DNA of 64,000 nucleotides from Spirochaetia bacterium (GTDB lineage Bacteria; Spirochaetota; Spirochaetia; G963692905): NCBI GenBank assembly GCA_965261245.1, contig OZ253446.1, positions 2,069,587 to 2,133,586 of the forward strand, read 5' to 3'. Shown piece by piece: positions 1 to 9,578 of this stretch (position 1 is its first letter; each line of letters starts with the position of its first letter). The notes under the pieces were generated by a model. It saw only the letters and a program-made list of their open reading frames with translations, ran no database searches and was not told where the DNA came from. The position numbers and the translations under genes were made by a program.

Positions 1-58
1 TCGCGGGAAAGCGCCCGGGAGCGGGCGATTATTTCATGGCGCGGGAGCGCGTCCCGGT

Positions 59-2230
59 CTACTGTCCGGGCAGCGGTGTGCCGCTGTCACCGCAGGCAAT
101 CGTGATGCCGCCATCGCGCAGGGTAGTCGGGAACAGCGAGCAGAGATAGTCGGTACCGGTAGAGCCGTCGTAGTCGGCGTAGCGGAGCGTGGGTGTACTG
201 CCCTGGGTAAAAATCCACGCATCCAGGGTATCGGCGCTGGCGTTATTCCAATCCGTCCAGGTGCCGGTGGAGACGCAGGTAATTCTGGTGGTAAAATCGG
301 GATAGGTTATCCCGGAGGTTGCACCTGACGGTGCAGCACAGGTTCCCTGTGCGCCCTTGTCGCCCGGTGTCCACTCCCCAGGGACCTTTCGCGCAGCAGT
401 ACAGGTAGCCTCGGTGGTCAGGGCGGGGTTATCGCATCCCGGGGTGTTGGCTGCGGTAAGATCGGCGGCAGTGGTTACTCCTGTCGGCAGCGCGGGGGTT
501 ATCCCCGTATTCTCTCCGACGGCATTTCCAAATCCGTAGCTTGCCGCGCTGGTACTTTCTAATGTCTGTGCTCCCACCAGGGCGCCGGTGGAGTCGGTAT
601 CGCCCGTTCCGCCGTCGGCATTTCCAGCGGCGTAGCTGGCAACGGTTATTCCGCCGCTCTGCTCTCCGATGAGCCCGCCGGTGTTATCGCTGTCGCCCCC
701 GCCGCCGTCGGTGTCCCCGGTGGCGTAGCTGGCAATGACTCTCCCGCCGCTCTGCTCTCCGATGAGGCCGCCGGTGTTATCGCTGTCGCCCCCGCCGCCG
801 TCGGCATCTCCAGCGGCGTAGCTGGCGATAATTATTCCGTTTTGCTGTAATCCTACCAGACCGCCAGCGGAGTCGTCTCCACCCGCGGCGCCATTGACGC
901 TGCCTGCGGCGTAGCTGGCGATAATTGTACCGCCCATTGTTCCGCCTACCAGGCCGCCTACATAATCTGTGCCCCCGCTGCCGCCGACGATAGTGCCCGA
1001 AGCGGAACTGGCAATAATTGAGCCTCCACTCTGCTGGCCTGCCAGACCGCCGACATATACGTTGGTGGTTGCCGTACCCGTGTAGACAACTATTGCATCA
1101 ACAAGATTGACATTACGGACATGTCCATTGGCACCGATGATGCCGAAGAATCCGCTCCATGTCGAACTGCGCTGAACTGCCAGGTTGGAAATAGTATACC
1201 CGTTACCCTCAAAGATGGCGTTAAACCGGTTTGTCTCGTTAAACATGGCATTGTCGGCGATCGGTTCCCACCCGCCTGCGGTGGTTACAAAATGGGGAGT
1301 AGCGGCATCGTCAGCATCGAGGGTAATGGCGGGGGCGGTGCCGGTGTAGGTGCTGCCGTCTCTGTCCAAATCAAAATCAAGGTCTTGTGCCAGCTCGTAC
1401 CCGCACAGGTAGACTCCGTTGGTTGGGGTGGTGCAATCGGCGGTGGCTGCGGTGGGGGCACCGGTAGTGACCCCGGCGTCGCCCGTCCCGGTATCTTCGT
1501 CCTCGTCGTCGTAGGTGGTGCCGGTAAGGTTGTGGCGCACGTTATGCAGCTGTTCCAGGGTCCATATTTCTATTAACCCATCGTCATCATCATCTATGTC
1601 GGTATTGCAGGCATGTCCGGCAGTTTCGCCCATGGTAATGGCCTGGGCGGGGTTGGGGGTGTTGGGGCAGTTATCCAGGGTATCGGCTACGGTGTCTCCA
1701 TCACTATCGGCCTGGCACGCAACATCAGGTCCAGGGGCGGCGGCGCTCAGGGCAAAGCCGACGTTACAGGTTTGGCAACCGGCGCTGTTTGGAGTCAGGG
1801 TGAGATCATCGATAGGAGTACCATTATCACAGGTATAAGGGAGTCCCGCTACGCAGCTGGTACCAGGGGTACCGAGTGCGCCGCCTTGCGGGAGAAATCC
1901 GTCATTGCAGATTTGGCACCCGACAGCGGTAACGTCTGTGTTGTTGCCGACAATGGGGGTGCCGTTGTCACAGACATACGGGAACGCCGGCACGCAGGTG
2001 GTACCGGGGGTGCCGAATATGCCATCTAGCGGGAGAAATCCGTCATTGCAGGCCTGGCAGCCGATGGTTACATCGTCTGAGGGGGTACCATCAATGGGGG
2101 TACCGTTTTGACAGGTAAACTTGGGCGGCCCGGCGGCGGGACCTGTGTCCTCGGGACAGGCGATGTATAGTAGGGTTACTACCGCTATTAGCGGTAAAAA
2201 TATCAGCTTCGTTCTTTTTATTTTACTCAT
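59..2230 (-). CDS. Large secreted lipoprotein, surface-protein family paralog: N-terminal Cys-rich ~40-aa repeats, thrombospondin-type-3-like module, Gly-rich GLUG-like repeats, conserved C-terminal tail
   Basis: 723-aa ORF; signal peptide with lipobox-like LYIAC; repeats C-x-NGTP-x-DG..GCQ-x-CNDGF; DSDGDTVADTLDNCPNTPNPAQ; many GGLVG/GGLIG units; C-terminal TLRYADYDGS...PGQ shared with three other ORFs in the window. Confidence 0.6.
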   Translation of the reverse strand: MSKIKRTKLIFLPLIAVVTLLYIACPEDTGPAAGPPKFTCQNGTPIDGTPSDDVTIGCQACNDGFLPLDGIFGTPGTTCVPAFPYVCDNGTPIVGNNTDVTAVGCQICNDGFLPQGGALGTPGTSCVAGLPYTCDNGTPIDDLTLTPNSAGCQTCNVGFALSAAAPGPDVACQADSDGDTVADTLDNCPNTPNPAQAITMGETAGHACNTDIDDDDDGLIEIWTLEQLHNVRHNLTGTTYDDEDEDTGTGDAGVTTGAPTAATADCTTPTNGVYLCGYELAQDLDFDLDRDGSTYTGTAPAITLDADDAATPHFVTTAGGWEPIADNAMFNETNRFNAIFEGNGYTISNLAVQRSSTWSGFFGIIGANGHVRNVNLVDAIVVYTGTATTNVYVGGLAGQQSGGSIIASSASGTIVGGSGGTDYVGGLVGGTMGGTIIASYAAGSVNGAAGGDDSAGGLVGLQQNGIIIASYAAGDADGGGGDSDNTGGLIGEQSGGRVIASYATGDTDGGGGDSDNTGGLIGEQSGGITVASYAAGNADGGTGDTDSTGALVGAQTLESTSAASYGFGNAVGENTGITPALPTGVTTAADLTAANTPGCDNPALTTEATCTAARKVPGEWTPGDKGAQGTCAAPSGATSGITYPDFTTRITCVSTGTWTDWNNASADTLDAWIFTQGSTPTLRYADYDGSTGTDYLCSLFPTTLRDGGITIACGDSGTPLPGQ

Positions 2231-2435
2231 AGGAGAATTATATTAAATCTTAATATGTATGTCAAGAGAGATCGGGATTTTACAGAAGCGCCCTGGGGGT
2301 AGGTGGAGACGCTGAAGGCAGCGGCGGGCGAGCGGCAGTGAGCCCGTACCCGTTCCGCGGAGCGGGACGGGTAGCTGCCTGGTGCCTGCGCGAGCAGGCG
2401 CAGCGGCTCCACCGAGGGGGGCGGAGCACCCCCTC

Positions 2436-4628
2436 TTATATTTTTACCTGCATTGCGGTCAGGAGTTTGCGGGCGCGGGTGCGGATGGCTGTCATTGCGG
2501 GGCTGGCGGTATCGAGGCGGAGGTGGAGTTCGGCGTAATCGAGGATGTCGTAATAGAGGTTCCAGGCGCGGCGCTGGACGGCGATGCTCTGTGCGAAGCG
2601 GCGCGGGGCGAATTGCCTGTGGGCTGCGGGGAGGCGGGCGGCGATGTTGTCGAGGAGTTCGCCTGCATACTGGGGGCTGGGGGCGGCGGCGATTTCCAGG
2701 GCTGCGCGCAGGCACCCGAGAGCGAGGGGGATGGGGGTTACGAATGCGCCGGTGAATGGGTCGATGATTTGCTTGACGGCGTCGATGCCGCGGGGGAGGG
2801 CGGCGGCGTAGTGTGAGAAGAACAGCATGCGGAGGTAGTCGCCGACGGTGGTGGCGGTGGCTGAGCGTTTGATGGCCGTGGCGGCGAAGGCGCTTTTGTC
2901 GTGGCGCATGCGTAGGCCCGGGCAGTGGAGGTACCGGAGGGCGGGTGTGGGGGCGTGGAGGACTGACAGGAGGTAGGCCTGGTCTTCGGCGCGTCCGCAC
3001 TCCGCGGGGGTGAACGGACGGTAGCGGCGGAGGGCGTCGATGAGGATGCCGTTGGTGCCGCCGGTTACGTGGATGCGGTGGATTGGGGCACGGGGGTCGC
3101 GGGCGGCGTGCTCGGCGATGGTGGAGACGGCCTGGGGGAGGCGGGTGTCGAATATGAGGCGTCCGCCTGCGAGGCTCGCGGGTAGGTCGGCGTAGTTGTA
3201 GGTGACGTCGGGGGTGAATACCCCGGAGGCGATGTCTTTTTCGTTGACCAGGGCGCCGGCGAGCATGCCGAGGTGTATAGCTGTACCGTGGTGGTCGCGG
3301 GCGAGGGCGCCCCAGAGGGGCGTGGTGAAGTGCTGGAGGGCGCTCTGGCCGGTTTCGTCCACCAAGGTCTGTTGGGGGAAGCGTTGGTCGAGGTCGATTT
3401 TGAAGGTGGCGCGCAGGTTGGGGTCGACGAATAGTTTCCACAGCGGGGCGATGGCTTTGAGGAGTGTGTAGTGGCGCCCGTATTCGCCGTCTACGCCGAA
3501 GACTTCGGCGAGTTCGCGCAAGCGGGCGCGGTGGTTTGGCAGGCGGTTGGCGGCGGCCATTTCGCGGGCCACGGGGGCGAGGATGGTATCGAAGATGGCG
3601 CGGCAGTCGCTTTCGGTGAGGGCCCATACGCGCAGGTGGCGGAGGGGCTGTTTGTCGTGGAGGTCGCTGGCGATTATCTGTGAGGTGAGGGCGCGCAGGG
3701 CGTTGTGGGTGGTGCTGACCGAGAGGAGTACCGATAGTTTTTGCTCCGCCCCCATGGTGCCTTGCTGTTTTTCGAATTCGGCCATTTCGTCGAGGCCGTG
3801 CAGCCCGTAGAGCAGCTCGTTTTCGGCGCTGCTGCACCCGACGGCTATGGGGTGGTCGTACCAGTGGTTTTGCGGGTCGGCGGCGACGGCGTGCAGGCGT
3901 TCGCGCAGCTGTTTGGGGTAGCGGAGCATGCCCTGCGGGGCCTGCGAGGCCTGCGAGGCCTTGGGCGAGGCGGAGTCAGGGGCGGCGGCGGGTTCTGCGG
4001 GCAGGTCGGGGACTGTCAGGAGGACATTGGACGTGAACAGCACCTCTGCGGCGGGGTCGGTAATCGGGTGCGGGTTGGGCTGGATCACCGAGATGGTACG
4101 GCGCGCGCGCAGGGTTGCTGCCTGTTCGTTGGCGGCCTCTTCGGACAGTAGACCGGCGCCCTCGGGGAAGAAAAATTTGTAGAGCTGGCGGACGGCGTCA
4201 AGGCGGTTGTCTGTGGTGCGTTCAGTAGAGATAGCAGGATCTTCGGATGCGTCTTTTTGCTGCGCGTTATACGCCCGGATAGCGGAGCCCAACTCGGAAC
4301 GCACCAGCGGTGCTGCGTCGCGGTAAAAGCGCACCCGCGCTTTCCAGTCGGCACCGCCCAGGCGCGACACTCGGGCGTACAGGGTGGTAATCAGTTTGGC
4401 TGGCGGTGATTTGGTAAAAATTGTCAGCAGGAATGCGCAGTTGAGCCCCTGTATTAGCACGCCCTCTTGCTGACTGGTATCTGGAGCCGGAGGCGCGGTG
4501 GGAGCAGCGGGGGCATATTCGACAAGAGTTTTGAGCGCAGCGCGTACCGCGTCTTCCCAATCACCGACGCCCCCGCCCTCTTGTGCGGCACCTATCAGGT
4601 CACCGAGTGTAGTAATATCCAATCTCAT
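2436..4628 (-). CDS. Hypothetical protein (730 aa), co-oriented and immediately upstream of the surface lipoprotein
   Basis: Long ORF with protein-like composition; no motif I can assign. Confidence 0.5.
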   Translation of the reverse strand: MRLDITTLGDLIGAAQEGGGVGDWEDAVRAALKTLVEYAPAAPTAPPAPDTSQQEGVLIQGLNCAFLLTIFTKSPPAKLITTLYARVSRLGGADWKARVRFYRDAAPLVRSELGSAIRAYNAQQKDASEDPAISTERTTDNRLDAVRQLYKFFFPEGAGLLSEEAANEQAATLRARRTISVIQPNPHPITDPAAEVLFTSNVLLTVPDLPAEPAAAPDSASPKASQASQAPQGMLRYPKQLRERLHAVAADPQNHWYDHPIAVGCSSAENELLYGLHGLDEMAEFEKQQGTMGAEQKLSVLLSVSTTHNALRALTSQIIASDLHDKQPLRHLRVWALTESDCRAIFDTILAPVAREMAAANRLPNHRARLRELAEVFGVDGEYGRHYTLLKAIAPLWKLFVDPNLRATFKIDLDQRFPQQTLVDETGQSALQHFTTPLWGALARDHHGTAIHLGMLAGALVNEKDIASGVFTPDVTYNYADLPASLAGGRLIFDTRLPQAVSTIAEHAARDPRAPIHRIHVTGGTNGILIDALRRYRPFTPAECGRAEDQAYLLSVLHAPTPALRYLHCPGLRMRHDKSAFAATAIKRSATATTVGDYLRMLFFSHYAAALPRGIDAVKQIIDPFTGAFVTPIPLALGCLRAALEIAAAPSPQYAGELLDNIAARLPAAHRQFAPRRFAQSIAVQRRAWNLYYDILDYAELHLRLDTASPAMTAIRTRARKLLTAMQVKI

Positions 4629-4635
4629 ACTACCT

Positions 4636-5553
4636 CTACCCTGCCAGGGAGTCTACGCGACGGCGTTCGCTGCGCTCTTGTCCTTGCCCGCTTGCCCTGC
4701 GCCCCCGCCGGTCAATTCGGTACACCCTGTAATCGATATAGGCAAAGAGAATGAACGGAGCGATGCGGCGCACCAACCATATCAGCCGCGCCCGCAACCC
4801 CGGGAGCAGCAAAAACCGCGCCCCGCCGGCGTGGCGCAGGGCGTATTTTGCCACAAAGCGCGGGCTGTGCGGCTTGATGATGCCGGCTATCGCTGCGGTT
4901 TCCGCCGGTTTTATTTTATTTTCCCGATGCAGCTGCGGGGTGTCGGTGTCTGTCGGGCACAGGAGCTTCATGCCAATCCCGTGCCGCTTGTATTCGTTGC
5001 GCAGCACCTCGGTGAGCCCAAGGAGCGCAAACTTAGTAGATGCGTACCCACTGTACCCGAATATCCCAACCAGTGCGCCGAATGAGCCCACATTAATAAC
5101 GGTGCTCCCGCGCCCCATCTGCGGGAGCAGGAACTGCAGCATATTCCATACAGCCATAACATTGACCTGATACATATCCGTCAGGCGCTGCTGCGGAAAT
5201 CCTGCAAACGGAGCCGGGTGGGCAAACCCGATAGAGTTAACCAGCAGCGTCGGTGCCCCGTGTGCACCCACGGCTCTGGTGAGCGCGGTGCGCAGTTGAC
5301 GCGGCTGCGCCAAATCGACACTGATCCCAGTTACCGTACTCTCTTGCCCGCGCCGTCTCCCCCGCCCCCCCGCCGCAGGGCGAGCGTCGGCACCAGTGGT
5401 CAGCTGTGCAACAGCACCGTCCAGGCGCTGTTTGTCTCTGGCAAAAATAACTATCGTATCGGCACGTCCAAGTAATTCGCGGGCAAACGCCAGCCCAATA
5501 CCACTGGAACCCCCAGCGATATACACTACCCGTGTGTCTAACCTACGCGGCAT
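4636..5553 (-). CDS. Short-chain dehydrogenase/reductase (SDR) family oxidoreductase
   Basis: Gly-rich NAD(P)-binding motif GGSSGIGLA near N-terminus; catalytic Y-x-x-x-K (YASTK); C-terminal hydrophobic segment. Confidence 0.7.
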   Translation of the reverse strand: MPRRLDTRVVYIAGGSSGIGLAFARELLGRADTIVIFARDKQRLDGAVAQLTTGADARPAAGGRGRRRGQESTVTGISVDLAQPRQLRTALTRAVGAHGAPTLLVNSIGFAHPAPFAGFPQQRLTDMYQVNVMAVWNMLQFLLPQMGRGSTVINVGSFGALVGIFGYSGYASTKFALLGLTEVLRNEYKRHGIGMKLLCPTDTDTPQLHRENKIKPAETAAIAGIIKPHSPRFVAKYALRHAGGARFLLLPGLRARLIWLVRRIAPFILFAYIDYRVYRIDRRGRRASGQGQERSERRRVDSLAG

Positions 5554-5586
5554 GCGGGTGATGCTCTCGGTTATGCGCCCCGTGGT

Positions 5587-6297
5587 CTAGCGGGCGTACC
5601 CACCGGCCTCGTCGCCCCATAGGTTCTGCAGCCGGTCGTCCCGCCTGCATAATCGGCGGTAAAACTTATAGCGGCTTGAATTTGTCTTGTAATAATCCTG
5701 ATGGTAATTCTCGGCGAGATAATAGGCATCAAACTCGCGGATATCGGTGGCAATGGGCTCCGAAAAGCGCTCCGAGCGCTCAAATTCGCGCTTGGTCTCC
5801 AGGGCCAGGCGCTCTTGCGTGCTGTCATGAAAGAATATGGCAGTCTTGTACGAATGGCCTCTATCACAAAACTGTCCCCCGTCATCAACCGGGTCAATAT
5901 TTCTCCAGAAAATATACAGCAGGGTATCGTAGTCTACCTTGTCGGTATCGTAGGTTACCTGTATCGCCTCCAGGTGCCCGGTGTCCTCGTAGGTCACCTG
6001 TTTGTAGGTAGGATTACGGACAGTGCCCCCCGAATACCCCACTGTGGTACGGATAACCCCCGGGGTCACATCAAACGGCTCCTGCATGCACCAGAAACAC
6101 CCGCCGGCAAACGTGGCCCGGGCAATCTCTGCCTCAACACGCCCCGCCCCCAAGGGCAGAACAATACCCGCTACCACCAGGGCCGCAACGGCACACACAC
6201 CTGCTCTGCGCCGCCGTCCACGTGCACCTCTCTCTTTTCCCCCGTTACCGTCTAGCAATGCGGTACAGCCCGCCATTCTTTTTATCAGTAATAACAT
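5587..6297 (-). CDS. msrA: Peptide methionine sulfoxide reductase MsrA with N-terminal membrane/signal segment
   Basis: Active-site GCFWC motif and MsrA-like downstream sequence (YHQDYY); start chosen at internal ATG with AGGAGG upstream, track ORF extends to 6375. Confidence 0.75.
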   Translation of the reverse strand: MLLLIKRMAGCTALLDGNGGKERGARGRRRRAGVCAVAALVVAGIVLPLGAGRVEAEIARATFAGGCFWCMQEPFDVTPGVIRTTVGYSGGTVRNPTYKQVTYEDTGHLEAIQVTYDTDKVDYDTLLYIFWRNIDPVDDGGQFCDRGHSYKTAIFFHDSTQERLALETKREFERSERFSEPIATDIREFDAYYLAENYHQDYYKTNSSRYKFYRRLCRRDDRLQNLWGDEAGGYAR

Positions 6298-7417
6298 ATA
6301 TCGCTCCATCCTCCTGTGCTTCAAGTATATCACGTATTCTGCCAATTTGTCCAACCAGCAGGCTCTCTTGTCCAACGACCCTGTTGCGCGTCCCTATTTC
6401 TACCCGCCGCAGGTGCTTCCCCGCGAGGGCACCGACGAACAAATCGCCTTCCCATTCGGGAAACATCTTCCCCGAATAGCGTATGAGCCCCGATGGTGCT
6501 ATAGAGGGCGTCCACTCCACCAGCGGGTCCTCGTACCCCGGGGCACTAACCCCGATCCCGATAGCATCACCCCCCCGGTACTCGCGCCCATAGGAAACCA
6601 CCGGCCACCCGTAATTTTTACCGGCGGTTATTATATTTATCTCATCCCCGCCCCGCGGCCCGTGCTCGTGCAGCCAGATAGTACCGTCATCATCAACAAA
6701 CAACCCCTGGGCGTTACGGTGCCCAATCGAATAGAGCTCCGGCAGATAGCGACCGCCGCCGCCGGGCAGGCTCTTGCCAAGGAACGGATTATCACCCGGT
6801 ACGCCTCCGTTGACATCAATCCGGATAACCGCCCCCGCGTGATTGCTCCCGTCCTGGGCGTTGTGCCGATTTCCGCGGTCCCCGATGGTTACCAACAGTG
6901 TCCCGTCGGGCAAAAACGCCAACCGCGACCCAAAGTGCACCCGCGTATCGGCAACCGACCTGCTGGCAAAAATCGTCCGCGCCCCACGGAGCGTCGCCGC
7001 CGCTTGATCGAATTGCGCCTTCCCCACAGCCGTCTGGTACCCGCCCACGGTTTGGCGGCTATAGGCAAAGTAAATCTGTTTGCTCTGCGGGTAATCGGGG
7101 GCGAGCACCACTCCGAGGAGCCCGCCCTGACCGACAGAAACCACCTCGGGGACTCCGGTTATCGCGGTAACCTCGCCGTCACGGTAATGGACCATACCGC
7201 CTGTGCGCTCGGTCACCAGCAGGGACCCGTCGGGGAGCTCGGCAATTCCCCACGGGGTATTCAGCCCGTCCGCGAGCAGGTAGAGGGCGAAATCGACCCG
7301 CTGACTCGGTATCCGGGCAGCCACCAGCGTCTCCGCTCGCGCCGTCGGTGTTCCTATCGCGGCGCCGACTGCCAGGAACCCGCAGACAACAGCCGCGCGC
7401 AAAATATATCTACGCAT
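6245..7417 (-). CDS. PQQ-dependent sugar (glucose/sorbosone) dehydrogenase family protein, secreted
   Basis: Signal peptide MRRYILRAAVVCGFLAVGAAIGTPTARA; beta-propeller dehydrogenase-like sequence; start shortened because the track ORF overlaps the adjacent tRNA. Confidence 0.65.
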   Translation of the reverse strand: MRRYILRAAVVCGFLAVGAAIGTPTARAETLVAARIPSQRVDFALYLLADGLNTPWGIAELPDGSLLVTERTGGMVHYRDGEVTAITGVPEVVSVGQGGLLGVVLAPDYPQSKQIYFAYSRQTVGGYQTAVGKAQFDQAAATLRGARTIFASRSVADTRVHFGSRLAFLPDGTLLVTIGDRGNRHNAQDGSNHAGAVIRIDVNGGVPGDNPFLGKSLPGGGGRYLPELYSIGHRNAQGLFVDDDGTIWLHEHGPRGGDEINIITAGKNYGWPVVSYGREYRGGDAIGIGVSAPGYEDPLVEWTPSIAPSGLIRYSGKMFPEWEGDLFVGALAGKHLRRVEIGTRNRVVGQESLLVGQIGRIRDILEAQEDGAIYVITDKKNGGLYRIARR

Positions 7418-7420
7418 ATG

Positions 7421-7494
7421 TGGGCCCACCAGGACTTGAACCTGGGACACCTTGATTATGAGTCAAGTGCTCTAACCAACTGAGCTATAGGCCC
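7421..7494 (-). tRNA. tRNA with CAT anticodon (elongator Met, or Ile2 if lysidine-modified)
   Basis: Cloverleaf GGGCCTATAGCTCAGTTGGTTAGAGCAC...CTCATAA...CCAGGTTCAAGTCCTGG...TGGGCCCA on minus strand; 7-bp acceptor stem, T-loop TTCAAGT, CCA not encoded. Confidence 0.8.
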
Positions 7495-7555
7495 CCCGTA
7501 TATTTATACCCCATGGGGGGCGGGGGGGTCAAGGGGGGTGTTTTGAGTAAGGTAT

Positions 7556-7740
7556 TAGAGGGGGGGCGCTGCCCCCCTCGCTGCATAATTTTTTAACGCC
7601 CATTTTTAACGGGCTTGCTTGCGCGCGCCCTAAATGGGCTAAAATTATTCCGCTACCCCCCGGCGCAGTTGTAGGGATATTGAGTCATGGGTAAGGGAGT
7701 GAAGCGTAATGTTCCCTCCGTACCCCCTCGCACTGATTAT
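7556..7740 (+). repeat. Modular intergenic repeat, head type 1 (GC hairpin + imperfect palindrome + CGCTACCCCCC..GTAAAG module)
   Basis: About 85% identical to 23655-23795 and to reverse complement of 33936-34032. Confidence 0.6.
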
Positions 7741-7743
7741 CGA

Positions 7744-8154
7744 TTAGCCAGCCGTGCCGTCAGCATTTAATATTTTCTTGGCTTCTGGTAATGATTTTAA
7801 TATTACCATGTGCGCATCAATTGCGCGGCGTTCCAATTGCGCTTTTTCTTTTTTGTCTTCTTCTGTCGAGATTAACATGCCCAGTATTGCGACTTCTAAT
7901 TCTCCTTTTAGCTCTTTTACTTTTTCTCTCAACGCTCCCATTTCGCCTTTAAATATTTTCTTGGCTTCTTGTACTGATTCTAGTATTACCGACAGTGCGG
8001 CGATTTCGCGTTTCAATTGCGCTTTTTCTTCTTCTGTTGTGGATTGGTTTAGTGGCGTTTTGTGTCCTGACCGCATTCCCATGCGTGTCAGTTCATTTTC
8101 TAATTTTTTGTTTAGTTCGCATAATTCAAGCGTTTCATTTTTTAAGTATCCCAT
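7744..8154 (-). CDS. Hypothetical coiled-coil protein with two internal ~27-aa repeats, in a low-GC segment
   Basis: Repeats EEKAQLKREIAALSVILESVQEAKKIF / KEKAQLERRAIDAHMVILKSLPEAKKIL; GGAG-like RBS before ATG at 8154; AT-rich relative to flanks. Confidence 0.4.
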   Translation of the reverse strand: MGYLKNETLELCELNKKLENELTRMGMRSGHKTPLNQSTTEEEKAQLKREIAALSVILESVQEAKKIFKGEMGALREKVKELKGELEVAILGMLISTEEDKKEKAQLERRAIDAHMVILKSLPEAKKILNADGTAG

Positions 8155-8342
8155 GTGTTTTTCTTTCTCCTTTTTCGTAGTTTGTATTATATCAGCCGGT
8201 GGCGTTGCGGGCAACGCCGCTCTCTGCACCCTGACCCTATAAATCACGTGCAGAGATACTAGAATAGCACGGCAAACCAGACCCTTGCGACTACTGCTAC
8301 TATTGTATCAATCGGCAATACTCGGCTACCCTGTTGCCGGCA

Positions 8343-9554
8343 TTACTGGCATATCCTATCAGCAGTATCGGACGCCCAGGCGCATATCAAACTACCATCA
8401 CAATCGCTACTAGAACTACAAGCACTACCCGCACTGCCATCGGACTGGGTGCATACAAAATCACCCGACACAACCGCGCATATCAAACTACCGGCACAAT
8501 GCCTATCAGAGCGGCAAACACTACCCGCACTGCCATCACTACATCGATTGGCGTTGCATTCCAGCGAGCCGGTGCAGTGGGTATCATCATTGCAAACACT
8601 ACCCGCACTGCCATCTGACCGGGTGCATATTCCATCACCGAACGCACGGACGCATACCAAACTACCCGCACAATCGCTATCAGCACGGCAAGCACTACCC
8701 GCACTGCCATCGGAGCATATCCTATTACCCGATACACTGACGCATGTCAAACTACCCGCACAATGACTATCAAACCTGCAAGCACTACCAGCATTGCCAT
8801 CTGACTGGGAGCATGTCCCATTACCCGATACCCAGGCGCATATCAAACTACCCGCACAATCGCTATCAACATCGCAATAACTACCCGCACAATCATCACT
8901 ATCGCGGCAAGCACTACCCGCACTGCCATCGGAGCATATCCCATTACCCGATACAATGTCGCATATCAAACTACCCGCACAACTATCAGCCCAACAAGCA
9001 CTACCGGCACTGCCATCTGACTGGGAGCATACAAAATTACCCGATACCAGGGCGCATATCAAACTACCCGCACAATGGCTACTAGAACTACAAGCACTAC
9101 CCGCACTGCCATCGGACTGGGTGCATATAGAACTACCGGACACACTGGCGCATACCAAACTACCCGCACAATCGCTATCACCACGGCAGGCACTACCCGC
9201 ACTGCCATCTGACTGGGTGCATATAGAACTACCGGACACATAGGTACATATCAACCTACCATCACAATCGCTACTAGAACTACAAGCACTACCCGCACTG
9301 CCATCGGACTGGGAGCATATCCTATTACCCGATACCAGGGCGCATATCAAACTACCCGCACAATGGCTACTAGAACTACAAGCACTACCCGCACTGCCAT
9401 CTGACTGGGAGCATGCAAAATTACCCGATACCAGGGCACATAGCAACCTACCATCACAATCGTTATCAGCACGGCATTGACTACCAACCCCCGCCCCTGT
9501 AAATAACACGACCGCAAACACGGCAACCGCTATATAAATTATTTTACCTTTCAT
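8343..9554 (-). CDS. Secreted Cys-rich tandem-repeat protein (about 12 units of ~31 aa)
   Basis: Signal peptide MKGKIIYIAVAVFAVVLFTGAGVGS; unit C-x-x-D-x-x-C-x-G-x-L-x-C-A-x-V-S-G-x-x-x-C-x-Q-S-D-G-S-A-G-S-A-C. Confidence 0.55.
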   Translation of the reverse strand: MKGKIIYIAVAVFAVVLFTGAGVGSQCRADNDCDGRLLCALVSGNFACSQSDGSAGSACSSSSHCAGSLICALVSGNRICSQSDGSAGSACSSSSDCDGRLICTYVSGSSICTQSDGSAGSACRGDSDCAGSLVCASVSGSSICTQSDGSAGSACSSSSHCAGSLICALVSGNFVCSQSDGSAGSACWADSCAGSLICDIVSGNGICSDGSAGSACRDSDDCAGSYCDVDSDCAGSLICAWVSGNGTCSQSDGNAGSACRFDSHCAGSLTCVSVSGNRICSDGSAGSACRADSDCAGSLVCVRAFGDGICTRSDGSAGSVCNDDTHCTGSLECNANRCSDGSAGSVCRSDRHCAGSLICAVVSGDFVCTQSDGSAGSACSSSSDCDGSLICAWASDTADRICQ

Positions 9555-9578
9555 TACTCGGCTACCCTGTTGCTGTTA

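Noticed and set aside
2227-3837. 536-aa Arg/Pro-rich ORF on the minus strand
   Set aside because: Extreme low-complexity composition typical of an out-of-frame reading of GC-rich coding DNA; it overlaps the better-supported 2436-4628 ORF.
6023-7483. 486-aa plus-strand ORF
   Set aside because: Antisense to the sugar dehydrogenase gene and runs across the tRNA; Arg/Pro-rich, no motif.
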